A DNA stretch of 64,000 nt, taken from NCBI GenBank assembly GCA_027365725.1, contig DAHXMA010000025.1, positions 26,611 through 90,610 of the forward strand. The letters run 5' to 3'. A program made the position numbers and the translations under genes. How positions within the stretch are numbered: position 1 is the first letter of the stretch; every line of letters begins with the position of its first letter. Below the pieces are notes generated by a model. It was not told the origin of the DNA. It made no database searches and worked only from the letters and a program-made list of their open reading frames with translations. This DNA is from Candidatus Micrarchaeota archaeon. Its GTDB lineage: Archaea; Micrarchaeota; Micrarchaeia; Micrarchaeales; CABMGC01. Positions 63,856-64,000 of the stretch are shown piece after piece.

Positions 63856-64000
63856 ATGGCTGGGCCTGCTGACTTCAAGATAATCGTCGTTCAGCCAAGG
63901 TACCAGATAAACCTGGGATATATAGCAAGGGTGTCAAAGAACTTCGGCATAAGGCAGCTCTATCTGGTAAACCCCAGGACAATTATCGGAGAACGCGCAC
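63856..64000 (+). CDS. SpoU/TrmH-class RNA methyltransferase (TrmJ-like), partial N-terminus
   Basis: ATG 63856, MAGPADFKIIVVQPRYQINLGYIARVSKNFGIRQLYLVNPR..., resembles the N-terminus of SPOUT methyltransferases. It runs off the window. Confidence 0.5.
   Translation, partial: MAGPADFKIIVVQPRYQINLGYIARVSKNFGIRQLYLVNPRTIIGERA

Noticed and set aside
1-64000. Search for CRISPR arrays, rRNA genes, transposases/integrases or long direct or inverted repeats flanking the surface-protein island.
   Set aside because: No regularly spaced repeats, no rRNA-like conserved stretches and no integrase or transposase motifs were seen in any listed ORF. The island next to tRNA-Ala therefore cannot be called a mobile element from this window alone.

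Overview
This is a densely packed archaeal chromosomal window with about 70 protein genes, one tRNA, and no rRNA, CRISPR array or recognisable mobile element. Archaeal identity follows from the r-proteins L19e, L32e, S4e, S24e and S27ae, RNase P Rpp29, aIF5A, RFC small subunit, proteasome beta, aCPSF1-type beta-CASP nuclease, ATP-dependent DNA ligase and two FtsZ genes. The compact layout, many 4-nt start/stop overlaps and AT-rich TATA boxes 20-33 nt upstream of start codons fit a small-genome archaeon. A DPANN/Micrarchaeota-like or Thermoplasmata-like organism is only an inference.

Housekeeping blocks:
- topA-trmI (1798-4634)
- rfcS / TRAM / psmB / aCPSF1 (17174-21269)
- guaB (24310-25809)
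- a truncated r-protein operon, Rpp29 to S5 (29020-34775, minus strand)
- msrB-msrA, cdd, and an HTH-sufB-sufD-sufC-sufS operon (51627-56644)
- lig, ogt, tandem ftsZ genes, and aIF5A-S24e-S27ae

Accessory or unusual content:
1. An envelope island (4586-17166). It holds an AglB/STT3-like oligosaccharyltransferase interrupted by one in-frame TAG and a 2044-aa membrane-anchored giant surface protein. The giant protein has adjacent lytic-transglycosylase-like and NlpC/P60 modules plus propeller-like repeats. A 453-aa helical protein, a 34-aa poly-acidic micro-ORF and a 557-aa sequon-rich anchored protein complete the island.
2. An orphan FlaI/VirB11-type ATPase next to an ankyrin-repeat protein and an HExxH protein.
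3. Two tandem paralogous proteins of unknown family beside a double-wHTH Lrp-like regulator.
4. A PadR / ABC ATPase / ABC-2 permease / COG1361-like repeat protein operon.
5. A VKOR plus DUF929 (thioredoxin-like) disulfide-forming pair.

All family assignments rest on motifs read by eye from the translations. No database search was run.
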